NCBI GenBank assembly: GCA_021654395.1
Contig: AP024486.1
Location: forward strand, 750,001-782,000
DNA length: 32,000 bases
Direction of reading: 5' to 3'
Source of the DNA: Candidatus Saccharimonadota bacterium
GTDB taxonomy: Archaea; Micrarchaeota; Micrarchaeia; Micrarchaeales; Micrarchaeaceae
Positions 8,186 through 16,779 of this stretch are shown piece by piece. A program made the translations under genes and the position numbers. The notes under the pieces are model-generated. The model had not been told where the DNA came from, made no database searches, and worked only from the letters and a program-made list of their open reading frames with translations. Position 1 is the stretch's first letter. Every line of letters begins with the position of its first letter.

Positions 8186-9136
8186 ATGGTATCTAACTAT
8201 ATCGGATTTAAGCTAAAGATGTATCTTGGCTTCTTAGTATTTGGGGTTATATTTATAACAATACTATTTACTATAGAGCATATATTATACAGATATGTAT
8301 CCTACGCATTTCTTATCTTCAACATAGTAATTCTGTTACTATTTACTATAGCACAATGGTTAGCAGCGCCATATATTATATCTGCAGCATCTAGACTAAG
8401 AGAGATTACTGATGATAAAAGCTATGCAGATATTGTAAGTATTGCTAAGAGAGTTGCTAAGATGAATAATATAGAGGATCTAAGAGTGTATATAGCAGAC
8501 GTGGACTTTCCTAATGCATTTGCATTTGGAAATATATTGAGCGGAAATAGAGTTGCTATAACGAAGCCTTTATTATATATGCTTAAGGATAATGAGATAG
8601 AAGCTGTATTAGGGCATGAGGTGGGCCATCTAAGGAATAGAGATGTTGAGCTAATGCTAGCATTAAGCTTGATACCATCATTCGTATACTATATTGCTCT
8701 ATCTCTATTATTTTCAGATTATAGATATAACTATCAGCTTGTATTAGGCTTTGCTTTGATAGTAGTCTCTTTCTTACTAAATATACCATTGCTATATGTC
8801 AATAGACTTAGAGAGTCTTATGAGGATCTTAACTCTGTTAAAACAGTTAAAGATCCTGATGGACTTGAGATGGCACTAGCAAAGATAGAGCTATATGTAA
8901 ATAAAGGCAGATCCTCATCTGATAGAGATTATGCTATTAGAAGCTTAACAAATATGCTAATGTTTAATGGAGATAAAGAATCAGATGAAAGCGAGATAAG
9001 AGATCCTAGAGATTTAATAGAGTACTGGAAGCAGTATAAGGTTAGATTTCATGAAGATCTATTTGATGATCATCCACATCCAGCGAGAAGGATACAACTT
9101 ATAGAGAATGCTAAGAGAGATCTACCTAAGAGATAG
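8186..9136 (+). CDS. htpX: M48-family zinc metalloprotease, HtpX-like
   Basis: N-terminal TM helices, then HEVGHLRNRD (HExxH), further TM helices, and a C-terminal HPHPARRI motif typical of HtpX/Ste24-type M48. I prefer ATG 8186 over the track's GTG 8174, because GGTG 8173-8176 would serve as its SD. Confidence 0.8.
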   Translation: MVSNYIGFKLKMYLGFLVFGVIFITILFTIEHILYRYVSYAFLIFNIVILLLFTIAQWLAAPYIISAASRLREITDDKSYADIVSIAKRVAKMNNIEDLRVYIADVDFPNAFAFGNILSGNRVAITKPLLYMLKDNEIEAVLGHEVGHLRNRDVELMLALSLIPSFVYYIALSLLFSDYRYNYQLVLGFALIVVSFLLNIPLLYVNRLRESYEDLNSVKTVKDPDGLEMALAKIELYVNKGRSSSDRDYAIRSLTNMLMFNGDKESDESEIRDPRDLIEYWKQYKVRFHEDLFDDHPHPARRIQLIENAKRDLPKR

Positions 9137-9331
9137 CATGCATAAGGCTTAAGCCAGAAGCATATTAAACAGTATAAGCTATAACATTGGAAATAGATTA
9201 AAAGAGATGCTAGCATATAATCTAGATTATGCTTAAGATTAGAGTTAAATTATAACTGCATGCATCTCATTTAAAATCTGCTAGAGCTTAAATAGCGTAA
9301 GATTTAACTCCTTTACTATTTATACTTTATA

Positions 9332-10045
9332 ATGAGCTTGATGAGATTTGCTATAAGAGCAGTAGATAATAGTATAGATAAGCATATACTAGATCTCTCT
9401 CAATACTCGTATATAGCTAGAGATAGCTATTACGCTATACCAGAAGATAAGATTATAATTGCATATCCAGAAGATAGCAGCGTAAAGTATGGCATAATTA
9501 TCCTTTATGATAAAGATTTTATGGATCTTTATAATGAAGTTGGCGCATTTATTGATAGATCTAAAGGAGTAGAAAGAGTAATGAGATTCAGGAATTTTCT
9601 ATTAGACTATTTTGCTAAAAAGGATTATCATTCATATGAGCTGGAGCTAACTTACGACTCAATTAAGATAGAGTGTAGTACTATCAGCAGTATAATAGAA
9701 AAGAGATTAGCTGACTATAGAGAGCTAGATCTTCTATTAGCAATGCTTATTAACTATGATAAAGAGCTTAATGCTCATGGTTTTAAGGCAAGGCTATATC
9801 TTGGAGATATAGAGTTAGTATATAAGCATAATGGCAGGAAGCTAAGTCAGTATAATAATAGATCTTGGATAGCTATAAGTAACGGCTTAAAAGATCTTAG
9901 CTATAGTGTATCTTACTATGAGCTAATTGAACAAACAAAGAGGCAGAATAGTATTCAAGAGAGCTCAGATATAGAGATAGTTCATAAGCCTTCAATATTT
10001 ACTGTTTTATATCCTTATCTTATAGAAAATAGAAATAGAGATTAA
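9332..10045 (+). CDS. Hypothetical protein (237 aa, soluble, no family recognised)
   Basis: A long ORF with protein-like composition, preceded by the longest host intergenic spacer in the window (195 nt). I see no recognisable motifs. Confidence 0.6.
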   Translation: MSLMRFAIRAVDNSIDKHILDLSQYSYIARDSYYAIPEDKIIIAYPEDSSVKYGIIILYDKDFMDLYNEVGAFIDRSKGVERVMRFRNFLLDYFAKKDYHSYELELTYDSIKIECSTISSIIEKRLADYRELDLLLAMLINYDKELNAHGFKARLYLGDIELVYKHNGRKLSQYNNRSWIAISNGLKDLSYSVSYYELIEQTKRQNSIQESSDIEIVHKPSIFTVLYPYLIENRNRD

Positions 10046-10071
10046 TAAGATTTAAAAGGTAAAAAGAGCTT

Positions 10072-11097
10072 TTATATAACTTCTATATCATTAAGTCTGT
10101 CAGATGTATTCTTCTTTGTAGATTCTGTATAGCTGAACTCTCCTATCTTTGGCTTTACATTTGTTATTATAGCTGTTACTTTTATCTGATCCTGCATCTC
10201 AGGTACTATCCTTGCTCCGAAGATGACATTTGCATTCTGCTTAAGGCCTGCTGTTACCTCTTCGCCTATCCTTGTTGCATCGCTTATTGTTAATGATGGT
10301 CCACCAGATATATGTACTATAGCGCCTCTTGAATCAGAGTAATCTGCACTAAGCAATGGATGTGCTATTGTAGACTTTATAGCTGCTTCTACCTTAAAGT
10401 CTCCAGAGCCATATCCAACATTTATCATTGCTATTCCACTATCCTTGACTATAGCTGCAAGATCCGAGTAATCTATTGACATTAGACTTGGAAGATTTAT
10501 TGTATCTGAGATACCTTTTATGGATGTTGCAACTAGTATGTCTACCGCCTCTAATGCTCTCTCGAATGGTAGATTCGGCGCGTACTGAAGTAGTCTCTCG
10601 TTCTCTATAATTATTGTAGCATCTGCATTCTTTACGAACTTGCTTATTGAAGCATCTGCATTCTTCGTTCTTACCTTCTCTAATCTGAAAGGATATGTAA
10701 CAAAGCCTATTACCGTAGCTCCTTGCTCTTTAGCTATTCTTGCAACTATTGGAGCTGCGCCGCCGCCTGTTCCGCCACCTGCTCCATATGCTATGAACAC
10801 AAGATTATAGTCTTTTAATGCTTCTTCTATCTCTCTCTGACTTATCTCTGCTGCCTTCTCAGCAACCTCTGGAAATCCTCCTGCTCCAAGGCCTCTTGTT
10901 ATATCTTTACCTATTAGAACCTTCTTTGATGCTTTAATTATTGATAGATGTTTTGCATCTGTATTTATAGCTATAGTATCTGCTGTCTTTAGATCCATAT
11001 TTGTTACTCTATTGACTAGATTGCTTCCCATGCCCCCTACTCCAACAACAGCTATTCTTGCTCTAAATAGATCTGGATCATCAACGTTCATAACCAT
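10072..11097 (-). CDS. ftsZ: FtsZ paralog with a divergent tubulin signature
   Basis: 341 aa with full FtsZ architecture: VVGVGGMGSN, NTDA.HL, GAGGGTGGGAAPIVA, the T7 region SIDYSDL, and a C-terminal domain GAIVHISGG. The start lies 11 nt after the upstream ftsZ stop. Confidence 0.9.
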   Translation of the reverse strand: MVMNVDDPDLFRARIAVVGVGGMGSNLVNRVTNMDLKTADTIAINTDAKHLSIIKASKKVLIGKDITRGLGAGGFPEVAEKAAEISQREIEEALKDYNLVFIAYGAGGGTGGGAAPIVARIAKEQGATVIGFVTYPFRLEKVRTKNADASISKFVKNADATIIIENERLLQYAPNLPFERALEAVDILVATSIKGISDTINLPSLMSIDYSDLAAIVKDSGIAMINVGYGSGDFKVEAAIKSTIAHPLLSADYSDSRGAIVHISGGPSLTISDATRIGEEVTAGLKQNANVIFGARIVPEMQDQIKVTAIITNVKPKIGEFSYTESTKKNTSDRLNDIEVI

Positions 11098-11108
11098 CTC
11101 TAATCACT

Positions 11109-12188
11109 TTATAGATAGTCTAGACTTAATCTGTCATTATTCTCTTCTAAGCTGTCTAAGGATCTACCAGCGATGCTTGCTCCTTTAACTCCTGATACTA
11201 TTGCAACGATCTCTAGCTTGTCTTCGTATGCTGGCACTATCCTTGCTCCAAGCTTTACATTGGCCATCTCATCCATCATATCTGTTATCATTGTTCCGGC
11301 CTTGTTTGCATCTCCCATTGTTAGTGATGGGCCTCCTGTTAAGTGTATCAATGCTCCTTTAGCGCCCTCAAACGATACATCTAGCAATCTATTCTTTAAT
11401 ACTCCCTCTACAGCATCCTGTACCTTATTTGCTCCTTTTCCTACACCTACAGATATGAATCCTACATCTCCGTTGCTTAATACTGCTCTAACATCTGCAA
11501 AGTCTATATTCATCATGCTTACTTGAGTTATTGTCCATGTTAATCCTCCTAATGCCTTTGCTATTACTTCATCTGCAACTGCGAATGCGTCTCTCATTGG
11601 TAGATTTGGGAATAGCTCTACTATTCTGTTATTATCTACTATTACTACACTATCTGCATGCTTCCTTAAGTTTCTTATTCCCTCATCTGCTTTAACTCTT
11701 CTTACTCTCTCTAGCTTAAATGGATATGATACTACTGCCATTACTATGGCTCCTTGCTCCTTTGCCATCTCTGCTATTAATGGAGCGACTCCTGTTCCTG
11801 TACCTCCTCCCATTCCGGCGCATATAAATACGAGCTGTGCTCCTTCTAGCTCTTTCTCTACTAATGCTCTATCTGCCTCAAATGCCTTTGCAGCTATCTG
11901 TGGATCTCCTCCTGCTCCAAGGCCTCTTGTTATTGCCTTTCCTATTAGTATCTTCTTTACTCTATCATCTATAATCTTAAAGTGCTGCATATCTGTATTT
12001 ACTCCTACAAACTCTGTTCCTTTTACTCCTGCTTTTACTAATCTGTCTAGCTGGTTTAATCCAGCTCCTCCGACTCCTACAGTTACTATCTTTATTGCAT
12101 CACTTGAGAAGTTTTCAGAAGGCTGCGGGTTACCAACAGGTGCGGATCCTCCAGAAGATCCAAAGATTCCATCTAATAGGTCATCCAT
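11109..12188 (-). CDS. ftsZ: Cell division GTPase FtsZ (canonical signature)
   Basis: 359 aa with VGVGGAGLN, NTD.QH, GLGAGGDP, GMGGGTGTGVAPLIA, the T7 loop NIDFADV and GALIHLTGG. Confidence 0.9.
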   Translation of the reverse strand: MDDLLDGIFGSSGGSAPVGNPQPSENFSSDAIKIVTVGVGGAGLNQLDRLVKAGVKGTEFVGVNTDMQHFKIIDDRVKKILIGKAITRGLGAGGDPQIAAKAFEADRALVEKELEGAQLVFICAGMGGGTGTGVAPLIAEMAKEQGAIVMAVVSYPFKLERVRRVKADEGIRNLRKHADSVVIVDNNRIVELFPNLPMRDAFAVADEVIAKALGGLTWTITQVSMMNIDFADVRAVLSNGDVGFISVGVGKGANKVQDAVEGVLKNRLLDVSFEGAKGALIHLTGGPSLTMGDANKAGTMITDMMDEMANVKLGARIVPAYEDKLEIVAIVSGVKGASIAGRSLDSLEENNDRLSLDYL

Positions 12189-12324
12189 ACTGATCGCCTA
12201 ATATCAGTTATTATAGAATCTTTAAAAAGCTTTTTTATAGCATTAATATTAAAGGAATTGTTTATTTATTATATACAAAAAATTTGCAGCTCGATCGATG
12301 ATCTTAGCAATTATAGAATAGAGC

Positions 12325-12906
12325 CTAACTTGTATAGATCTTTATATAGCTTAAGTTAAATGGAATATACGCATAGACAGTTTCATTGCTATTAGAGCTT
12401 CTAAATACTGCTAACCATACGCTTTTATTATATAAAGAGACATTTACTGTTACATTTCTGTATCCATATCTATTCACAAAGCTACTTATACTGCTATTAT
12501 AGTCATAAAGATATGTAGACACAAGATACTTATTATTGAGGCCTATGCTTCTTAATGCATCTATATCGTATATATTACAGCTCTGTGATATTATCGTAGC
12601 GTTAGTATTAACTAAAGACGGATATATAAAGTACTCATCATAGATATCTGGACATACTCTGCTATAGTTATAAACAACCTCTAGAAGATATGCAGGCGTT
12701 GTAGAGTTGCTATAGTTATATAATACAGCCACTGTAACGTTCTTATTATGATTCTCTAGAGCATACTCAATCTGCTGCAGATAGCTTAGCTTGCTGCTAG
12801 AGCTAGATACCGACTTAGTATTAATAAGCATGCTTATAGCGTATAACGCTATAGATACTACAACTGCTAATAGTATAAGCTTTATCATTAGATCCATTTT
12901 TATCAT
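12325..12906 (-). CDS. Hypothetical N-terminally anchored extracellular protein, rich in Asn/Ser/Tyr and N-X-S/T sequons
   Basis: 193 aa with one N-terminal TM/signal anchor (LILLAVVVSIALYAISMLI) followed by a sequon-rich domain. No family recognised. Confidence 0.55.
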   Translation of the reverse strand: MIKMDLMIKLILLAVVVSIALYAISMLINTKSVSSSSSKLSYLQQIEYALENHNKNVTVAVLYNYSNSTTPAYLLEVVYNYSRVCPDIYDEYFIYPSLVNTNATIISQSCNIYDIDALRSIGLNNKYLVSTYLYDYNSSISSFVNRYGYRNVTVNVSLYNKSVWLAVFRSSNSNETVYAYIPFNLSYIKIYTS

Positions 12907-12960
12907 TTTTCTAATATGCAGCTCTTAATATTAGCTTAATATAACGATTATCTATAAAGC

Positions 12961-12968
12961 TTTATAAA
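12961..12968 (+). promoter_or_regulatory. TATA-box-like element (TTTATAAA) upstream of argF
   Basis: AAGC-TTTATAAA lies 30 nt upstream of ATG 12991, spacing that fits a leaderless or very short-leader archaeal transcript. The same AAGCTTTAWA-type box recurs before several genes. The evidence is position only. Confidence 0.3.
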
Positions 12969-12990
12969 CTTTAATTATTATTTGCATATT

Positions 12991-13890
12991 ATGAATCTTA
13001 TAAGTATAAACGATCTGACTGAGGATGATATATACGAGATCTTCAAGATAGCAGATAAGCTTAAAGAAGAAAAAGAGGAGATAGAGCTGAAGAAGGATTC
13101 TATACTAGTACTTTACTTTGAGAAGCCATCAACAAGAACAAGACTATCCTTTGAAAGTGCTATAATAAAATTGGGTGGACATTCTGTATATCTGCAGAAG
13201 GATACAACGCATATAGTTAGAGGAGAGAGCTTAGAAGATACTGTAAGAGTTATATCTTTATATGCTGACTTCTTAGCTGCAAGGGTATTTAACCATAACG
13301 ACCTATTAAGAATGGCAGATGTTGCAACAATACCGATAATAAATGCCTTATCTGATCTTGAGCATCCAACTCAGGCATTAACCGATCTCTATACCATAAG
13401 GGAGATAAAGCATAAGCTTGAGGATCTAAAGATAGCCTTTATTGGAGATATAGCAACAAATACTGCTAACTCTTTAATGGTTGGTGCTGCTAAGCTTGGA
13501 GCAGAGGTCTCTCTTATAGGACCAAAGGGCTATAATCCTAATTCGCTTTATCTAAATAAGGCAAGAGAGTTTAACAGAGTTGATGTCTATGATGACATAA
13601 AGGAAGGACTAATGGATGCAGATGTTGTATATACAGATACATTTGTAAGCATGGGCCAAGAGTCAGAGAGAGAAGAGAGATTAAAGAGATTTATGCCTTA
13701 TCAGCTTAACCAGGATGCACTATCATATGCTAAAGATGATGTTATAGTAATGCACTGCTTACCTGCTCATAGAGGAGAGGAGATAGCTGCAGATGTTATA
13801 GATGGACCGCATAGTGTTGTATGGCAGCAAGCTAAGAATAAGGAGCTGATAGCAAGAGCCATTCTTCTCTTCTTATCTGCAAGAGAGTGA
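12991..13890 (+). CDS. argF: Ornithine carbamoyltransferase
   Basis: Has STRTR, HPTQ, DTFVSMG and HCLPAHRGEE. The SMG and HCLP motifs distinguish OTCase from ATCase. I chose ATG 12991 over the track's TTG 12982. Confidence 0.85.
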   Translation: MNLISINDLTEDDIYEIFKIADKLKEEKEEIELKKDSILVLYFEKPSTRTRLSFESAIIKLGGHSVYLQKDTTHIVRGESLEDTVRVISLYADFLAARVFNHNDLLRMADVATIPIINALSDLEHPTQALTDLYTIREIKHKLEDLKIAFIGDIATNTANSLMVGAAKLGAEVSLIGPKGYNPNSLYLNKAREFNRVDVYDDIKEGLMDADVVYTDTFVSMGQESEREERLKRFMPYQLNQDALSYAKDDVIVMHCLPAHRGEEIAADVIDGPHSVVWQQAKNKELIARAILLFLSARE

Positions 13891-13895
13891 TTTTT

Positions 13896-14306
13896 ATGTT
13901 CAGCTATGAAGAGAGAGTTAAGATATATGATACAGATGCGCAAGGGATACTGCATTATGCAGGCTACTATAGATTCTTCACAGATGCTATAGAGAATGCA
14001 GCAAGAAAGCTAAATATAAGCTTCCCATTCTATACAGATAAGCTGTGGTTTGTAGTTGTTGAGTCTCATGCAAACTATCTCAGATCAGTATATCTGAATG
14101 ATCTGCTTCATATAGATGTAGATCTTAGCGTAAATGATAACAAGAAGGCTTTGAGATCAGATCTAACGATCTATGATAAGACAAGAGGCGGCTATATAGC
14201 ATGCAAGGGCTATCTTGTCCATCTGCTTATTAATAAAGAGATATGGAAGAGTGTAGAGCTACCAGAAGAGATAATAGAGCTTATTAAAAGAAGCAAAGAT
14301 AGTTAA
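13896..14306 (+). CDS. Hotdog-fold acyl-CoA thioesterase (4HBT/YbgC-like)
   Basis: V.IYDTDAQGILHYAGYYRFF is the typical 4HBT N-terminal motif, and the size is about 136 aa. I chose ATG 13896 because a GTGA SD-like motif lies just upstream. Confidence 0.65.
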   Translation: MFSYEERVKIYDTDAQGILHYAGYYRFFTDAIENAARKLNISFPFYTDKLWFVVVESHANYLRSVYLNDLLHIDVDLSVNDNKKALRSDLTIYDKTRGGYIACKGYLVHLLINKEIWKSVELPEEIIELIKRSKDS

Positions 14307-14312
14307 GGAATG

Positions 14313-14320
14313 ATTTAAAG
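14313..14320 (+). promoter_or_regulatory. TATA-box-like element (ATTTAAAG) upstream of nuoA
   Basis: It lies 30 nt upstream of ATG 14343, in the 36-nt gap after the thioesterase stop. The evidence is position only. Confidence 0.3.
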
Positions 14321-14342
14321 ACTTTAAGAGGCAATTATAATT

Positions 14343-14705
14343 ATGCTAATAGATTATATCGTTCTCTTGATACTTGTAATCTTCTCTATAGGATTTCCTG
14401 TATCTGTAGTACTTGGAAGTATTCTTTTAGGCAGAAGAGAGGTTAGAAATGAAGTCAAGAACCTTCCATTTGAGAGTGGTGAAGAGCCTTTCGATCTTAC
14501 AAGCAAAGATATAAATCTCGAGTATCTGCCTTACTTTGTGATGTTTATAGTCTTTGAGATAATTGCAGCTATACTTATAGCTGCTGCCTACTCAAAGGCA
14601 GAGATAGGAAGCAGCTCTATGCTTTACTTGCTAATAATTGCGCTGCTTGCAACTATACTTGAGATATTTATATATAAGATAGCGAATGAGAGATATGAAC
14701 GATGA
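14343..14705 (+). CDS. nuoA: NADH-quinone oxidoreductase subunit A-like (NuoA/ND3)
   Basis: 120 aa and 3 TM, with the FESGEEPF and YL.Y...F..FE motifs. First gene of the nuo block. Confidence 0.8.
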   Translation: MLIDYIVLLILVIFSIGFPVSVVLGSILLGRREVRNEVKNLPFESGEEPFDLTSKDINLEYLPYFVMFIVFEIIAAILIAAAYSKAEIGSSSMLYLLIIALLATILEIFIYKIANERYER

Positions 14706-15354
14706 TCTTTTAGATAAGGATGAAAGATTCCTTAATGCAGAGAAGAAGATGAGTAGGCTAGTCTTACAAGCATCTAAGAAGTATAAGACGCCTGTAAATG
14801 CAATGTTTACAAGGCTATCTGACTTTACTAAAGCTGTATCAAAGGGCTTAATAAGATGGGGCAGAGTAAACTCATTATGGCCTGCTCAGTTCGGATTAGC
14901 ATGCTGTGCTATAGAGCTGATGGACTTTGGAGCTGCAAGAATAGATGCTGAGAGGAAAGGATATCTATTATTTAGAGCAACTCCCAGACAGAATGATGTT
15001 ATGATTGTAGCAGGATGGGTAACAAAGTCCATGGTGCCAAGAGTAAAGAGGATGTATGAGCAGATGGCATCTCCAAGATATGTTATAGCATTTGGAGAGT
15101 GTGCAACATCTGGAGGACCATGGTGGGAGAGCTATAATATTATACAAGGAATCGATCAAGTATTACCTGTTGATGTTTATGTAGCTGGCTGCCCGCCGCA
15201 GCCAGAGAATCTTTTCGCTGCACTGATGAAGCTTCAAGAGAAGATACGTGATAAGCATGCAGGAAGTAAAGAGCCAACAATTAGTGAAGATATTAAAAGA
15301 GCTGAAATCTCAGGGATACACCTACCTGAAGAAGATAACAGCAGTAGACTATAA
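14686..15354 (+). CDS. nuoB: NADH-quinone oxidoreductase subunit B-like (NuoB/PSST), with a C-terminal extension
   Basis: Has the N2-cluster motifs GLACCAIE, ...GEC..SGG... and VAGCPP. The last ~35 aa form a tail beyond the usual NuoB end. The start could be 14686 or 14695. Confidence 0.85.
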   Translation: MRDMNDDLLDKDERFLNAEKKMSRLVLQASKKYKTPVNAMFTRLSDFTKAVSKGLIRWGRVNSLWPAQFGLACCAIELMDFGAARIDAERKGYLLFRATPRQNDVMIVAGWVTKSMVPRVKRMYEQMASPRYVIAFGECATSGGPWWESYNIIQGIDQVLPVDVYVAGCPPQPENLFAALMKLQEKIRDKHAGSKEPTISEDIKRAEISGIHLPEEDNSSRL

Positions 15355-15628
15355 CGACAAGCTTGAGCTTGTCTATATAATAGCAGATCTAGATAATAAC
15401 AAGCAAGAGATCATTACAACTAAGATAGATGCTAATAAGCCAGAGATAGACTCTGTAATTGAGATATATCCTGCTGCGGAGTGGTATGAGAGAGAGGTCT
15501 TTGAGATGTTTGGCATCAGCTTCAGAGATGGAGTAAATAAGAGACTGCTCTTAGAGGAATGGAACGGCCTAGAGTATCCATTAAGAAAGAGCTTTATATG
15601 GGGAAAGGATTATAAGAAAGAGGAATGA
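15257..15628 (+). CDS. nuoC: NADH-quinone oxidoreductase subunit C-like (NuoC/30 kDa), short form
   Basis: ITAVDY....L.LVYI and AAEWYEREVFEMFGI.F......RLLL.E......PLRK match the NuoC core. ATG 15257 is preceded by GTGAT. The gene overlaps the nuoB 3' end by 98 nt in another frame. Confidence 0.8.
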   Translation: MQEVKSQQLVKILKELKSQGYTYLKKITAVDYNDKLELVYIIADLDNNKQEIITTKIDANKPEIDSVIEIYPAAEWYEREVFEMFGISFRDGVNKRLLLEEWNGLEYPLRKSFIWGKDYKKEE

Positions 15629-15632
15629 TCTT

Positions 15633-16730
15633 ATGTCTATAGTAAGGATTAATGTTGGTCCTATACATCCAAGCACGCATGGCGTATTAAGGCTAGTTGT
15701 AGATCTAGATGGAGATACAATAGTAAATGTAGAGCCGCATATAGGCTTCTTGCATAGAGGAGTAGAGAAGCTTATGGAGAACAGAATGTATATGCAGAGT
15801 CAATCATATACAGAGAAGCTAGACTATCTAGCGCCATTCAGCTGGGATGAGCTATATACAAGCGCTGTAGAGCAGGCCATGAAGAAAGAGGTAAAGCCAG
15901 ATGCACAGATACTTAGAGTTATAATGCTTGAGTATCAGAGAATAGCCAGTCATCTTGTATGGCTAGGCACATTCTGCAATGATATAGGACAGATCTTTAC
16001 AATCTTTATGTGGTCTTTCAGAGAGAGAGCAAGGATACTCAAGCTTTTAGAGGATCTCTCTGGAACAAGGATGTTCTATGTTAACCTTAGATTAGGAGGC
16101 TTCTATAAGCCATTACCTAAGAACTTCAAGGATAGAGCATATAAACTAAATGAGTATCTTGTTGAGAAGATCTCTGAGTATAAAGATGTTATAGAGCCAG
16201 ATCCTGTATTTAATGAAAGAACAAAGAATATAGGAGTACTGCCTAAAGATAAGGCTATAGAGCTAGGAGTTGCAGGGCCAGTCCTAAGAGCCTCTGGAGT
16301 AAGGTATGATATAAGAAAGGCTATGCCTTATTATATATATGATAAGCTGAAGTTTAAGATACCGATAGGATATAAAGGAGATAACTTCGATAGATACAAG
16401 GTAAGATATGAGGAGATATTCCAGAGCATTAAGATTATAGATCAAGCATTAGATATGCTTCCAGATAATCCAGATATACTTGGACAGCCTATAAAGCTAA
16501 TTAATCCAAATGCTAATCCAGATATAGTTGTTGTACATAGAGAGCTTCCTAAAGGAGAGGGCATTATATATATGGTTCCGGATAAGCAGAGACCATATAG
16601 GATATCTCTAAGAGCTCCATCATTTATCAATACATTTGCTATAAATGAGATCTCTAAAGGATATAAGTATGCAGATCTCTTTGCAAATCTTGGTAGCTTA
16701 GATATAGTACTTGCAGAGATAGATAGATAG
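15633..16730 (+). CDS. nuoD: NADH-quinone oxidoreductase subunit D-like (NuoD/49 kDa)
   Basis: 365 aa with the N-terminus NVGPIHPSTHGVLRLVVDLDGD.IV...PHIGFLHRG.EKL, and a C-terminus ending in the conserved ...LGSLDIVLAEIDR. Confidence 0.9.
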   Translation: MSIVRINVGPIHPSTHGVLRLVVDLDGDTIVNVEPHIGFLHRGVEKLMENRMYMQSQSYTEKLDYLAPFSWDELYTSAVEQAMKKEVKPDAQILRVIMLEYQRIASHLVWLGTFCNDIGQIFTIFMWSFRERARILKLLEDLSGTRMFYVNLRLGGFYKPLPKNFKDRAYKLNEYLVEKISEYKDVIEPDPVFNERTKNIGVLPKDKAIELGVAGPVLRASGVRYDIRKAMPYYIYDKLKFKIPIGYKGDNFDRYKVRYEEIFQSIKIIDQALDMLPDNPDILGQPIKLINPNANPDIVVVHRELPKGEGIIYMVPDKQRPYRISLRAPSFINTFAINEISKGYKYADLFANLGSLDIVLAEIDR

Positions 16731-16752
16731 CATACTGCTATTATCTTATAGT

Positions 16753-16776
16753 TTAATCTTAAAGATCTAAGATTAA
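16753..16776. terminator. Perfect 9-bp hairpin between the convergent nuoD and moxR stops (possible bidirectional terminator)
   Basis: TTAATCTTA-AAGATC-TAAGATTAA. It is AT-rich, and a few such hairpins are expected by chance in 32 kb of AT-rich DNA. Only the position between convergent genes is suggestive. Confidence 0.25.
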
Positions 16777-16779
16777 GAT

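Noticed and set aside
9136-9265. Cluster of palindromes in the htpX-downstream spacer (GGCTTAAGCC 9146-9155, ATGCTAGCAT 9207-9216, ATAATCTAGATTAT 9217-9230, GCATGCAT at 9136-9143 and 9258-9265)
   Set aside because: In AT-rich sequence of this length, dozens of 10-nt and several 14-nt perfect palindromes are expected by chance. There is no repeated spacing or second copy elsewhere in the window. They are only mentioned under the orphan-gene finding.
11173-12201. ORF-track entries of 117 aa and 151 aa on the plus strand, inside the ftsZ gene
   Set aside because: They lie antisense to a strongly supported FtsZ CDS. Their P/A/S/T-rich low-complexity translations are the typical mirror image of Gly/Ala/Val-rich FtsZ codons.
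15248-15354. The nuoB/nuoC overlap as a frameshift, pseudogene or sequencing error
   Set aside because: Both frames are uninterrupted. All NuoB catalytic motifs lie before the overlap. The NuoC N-terminus encoded in the overlap looks like genuine NuoC sequence and is preceded by an SD-like GTGAT. It is kept as a finding rather than called a pseudogene.
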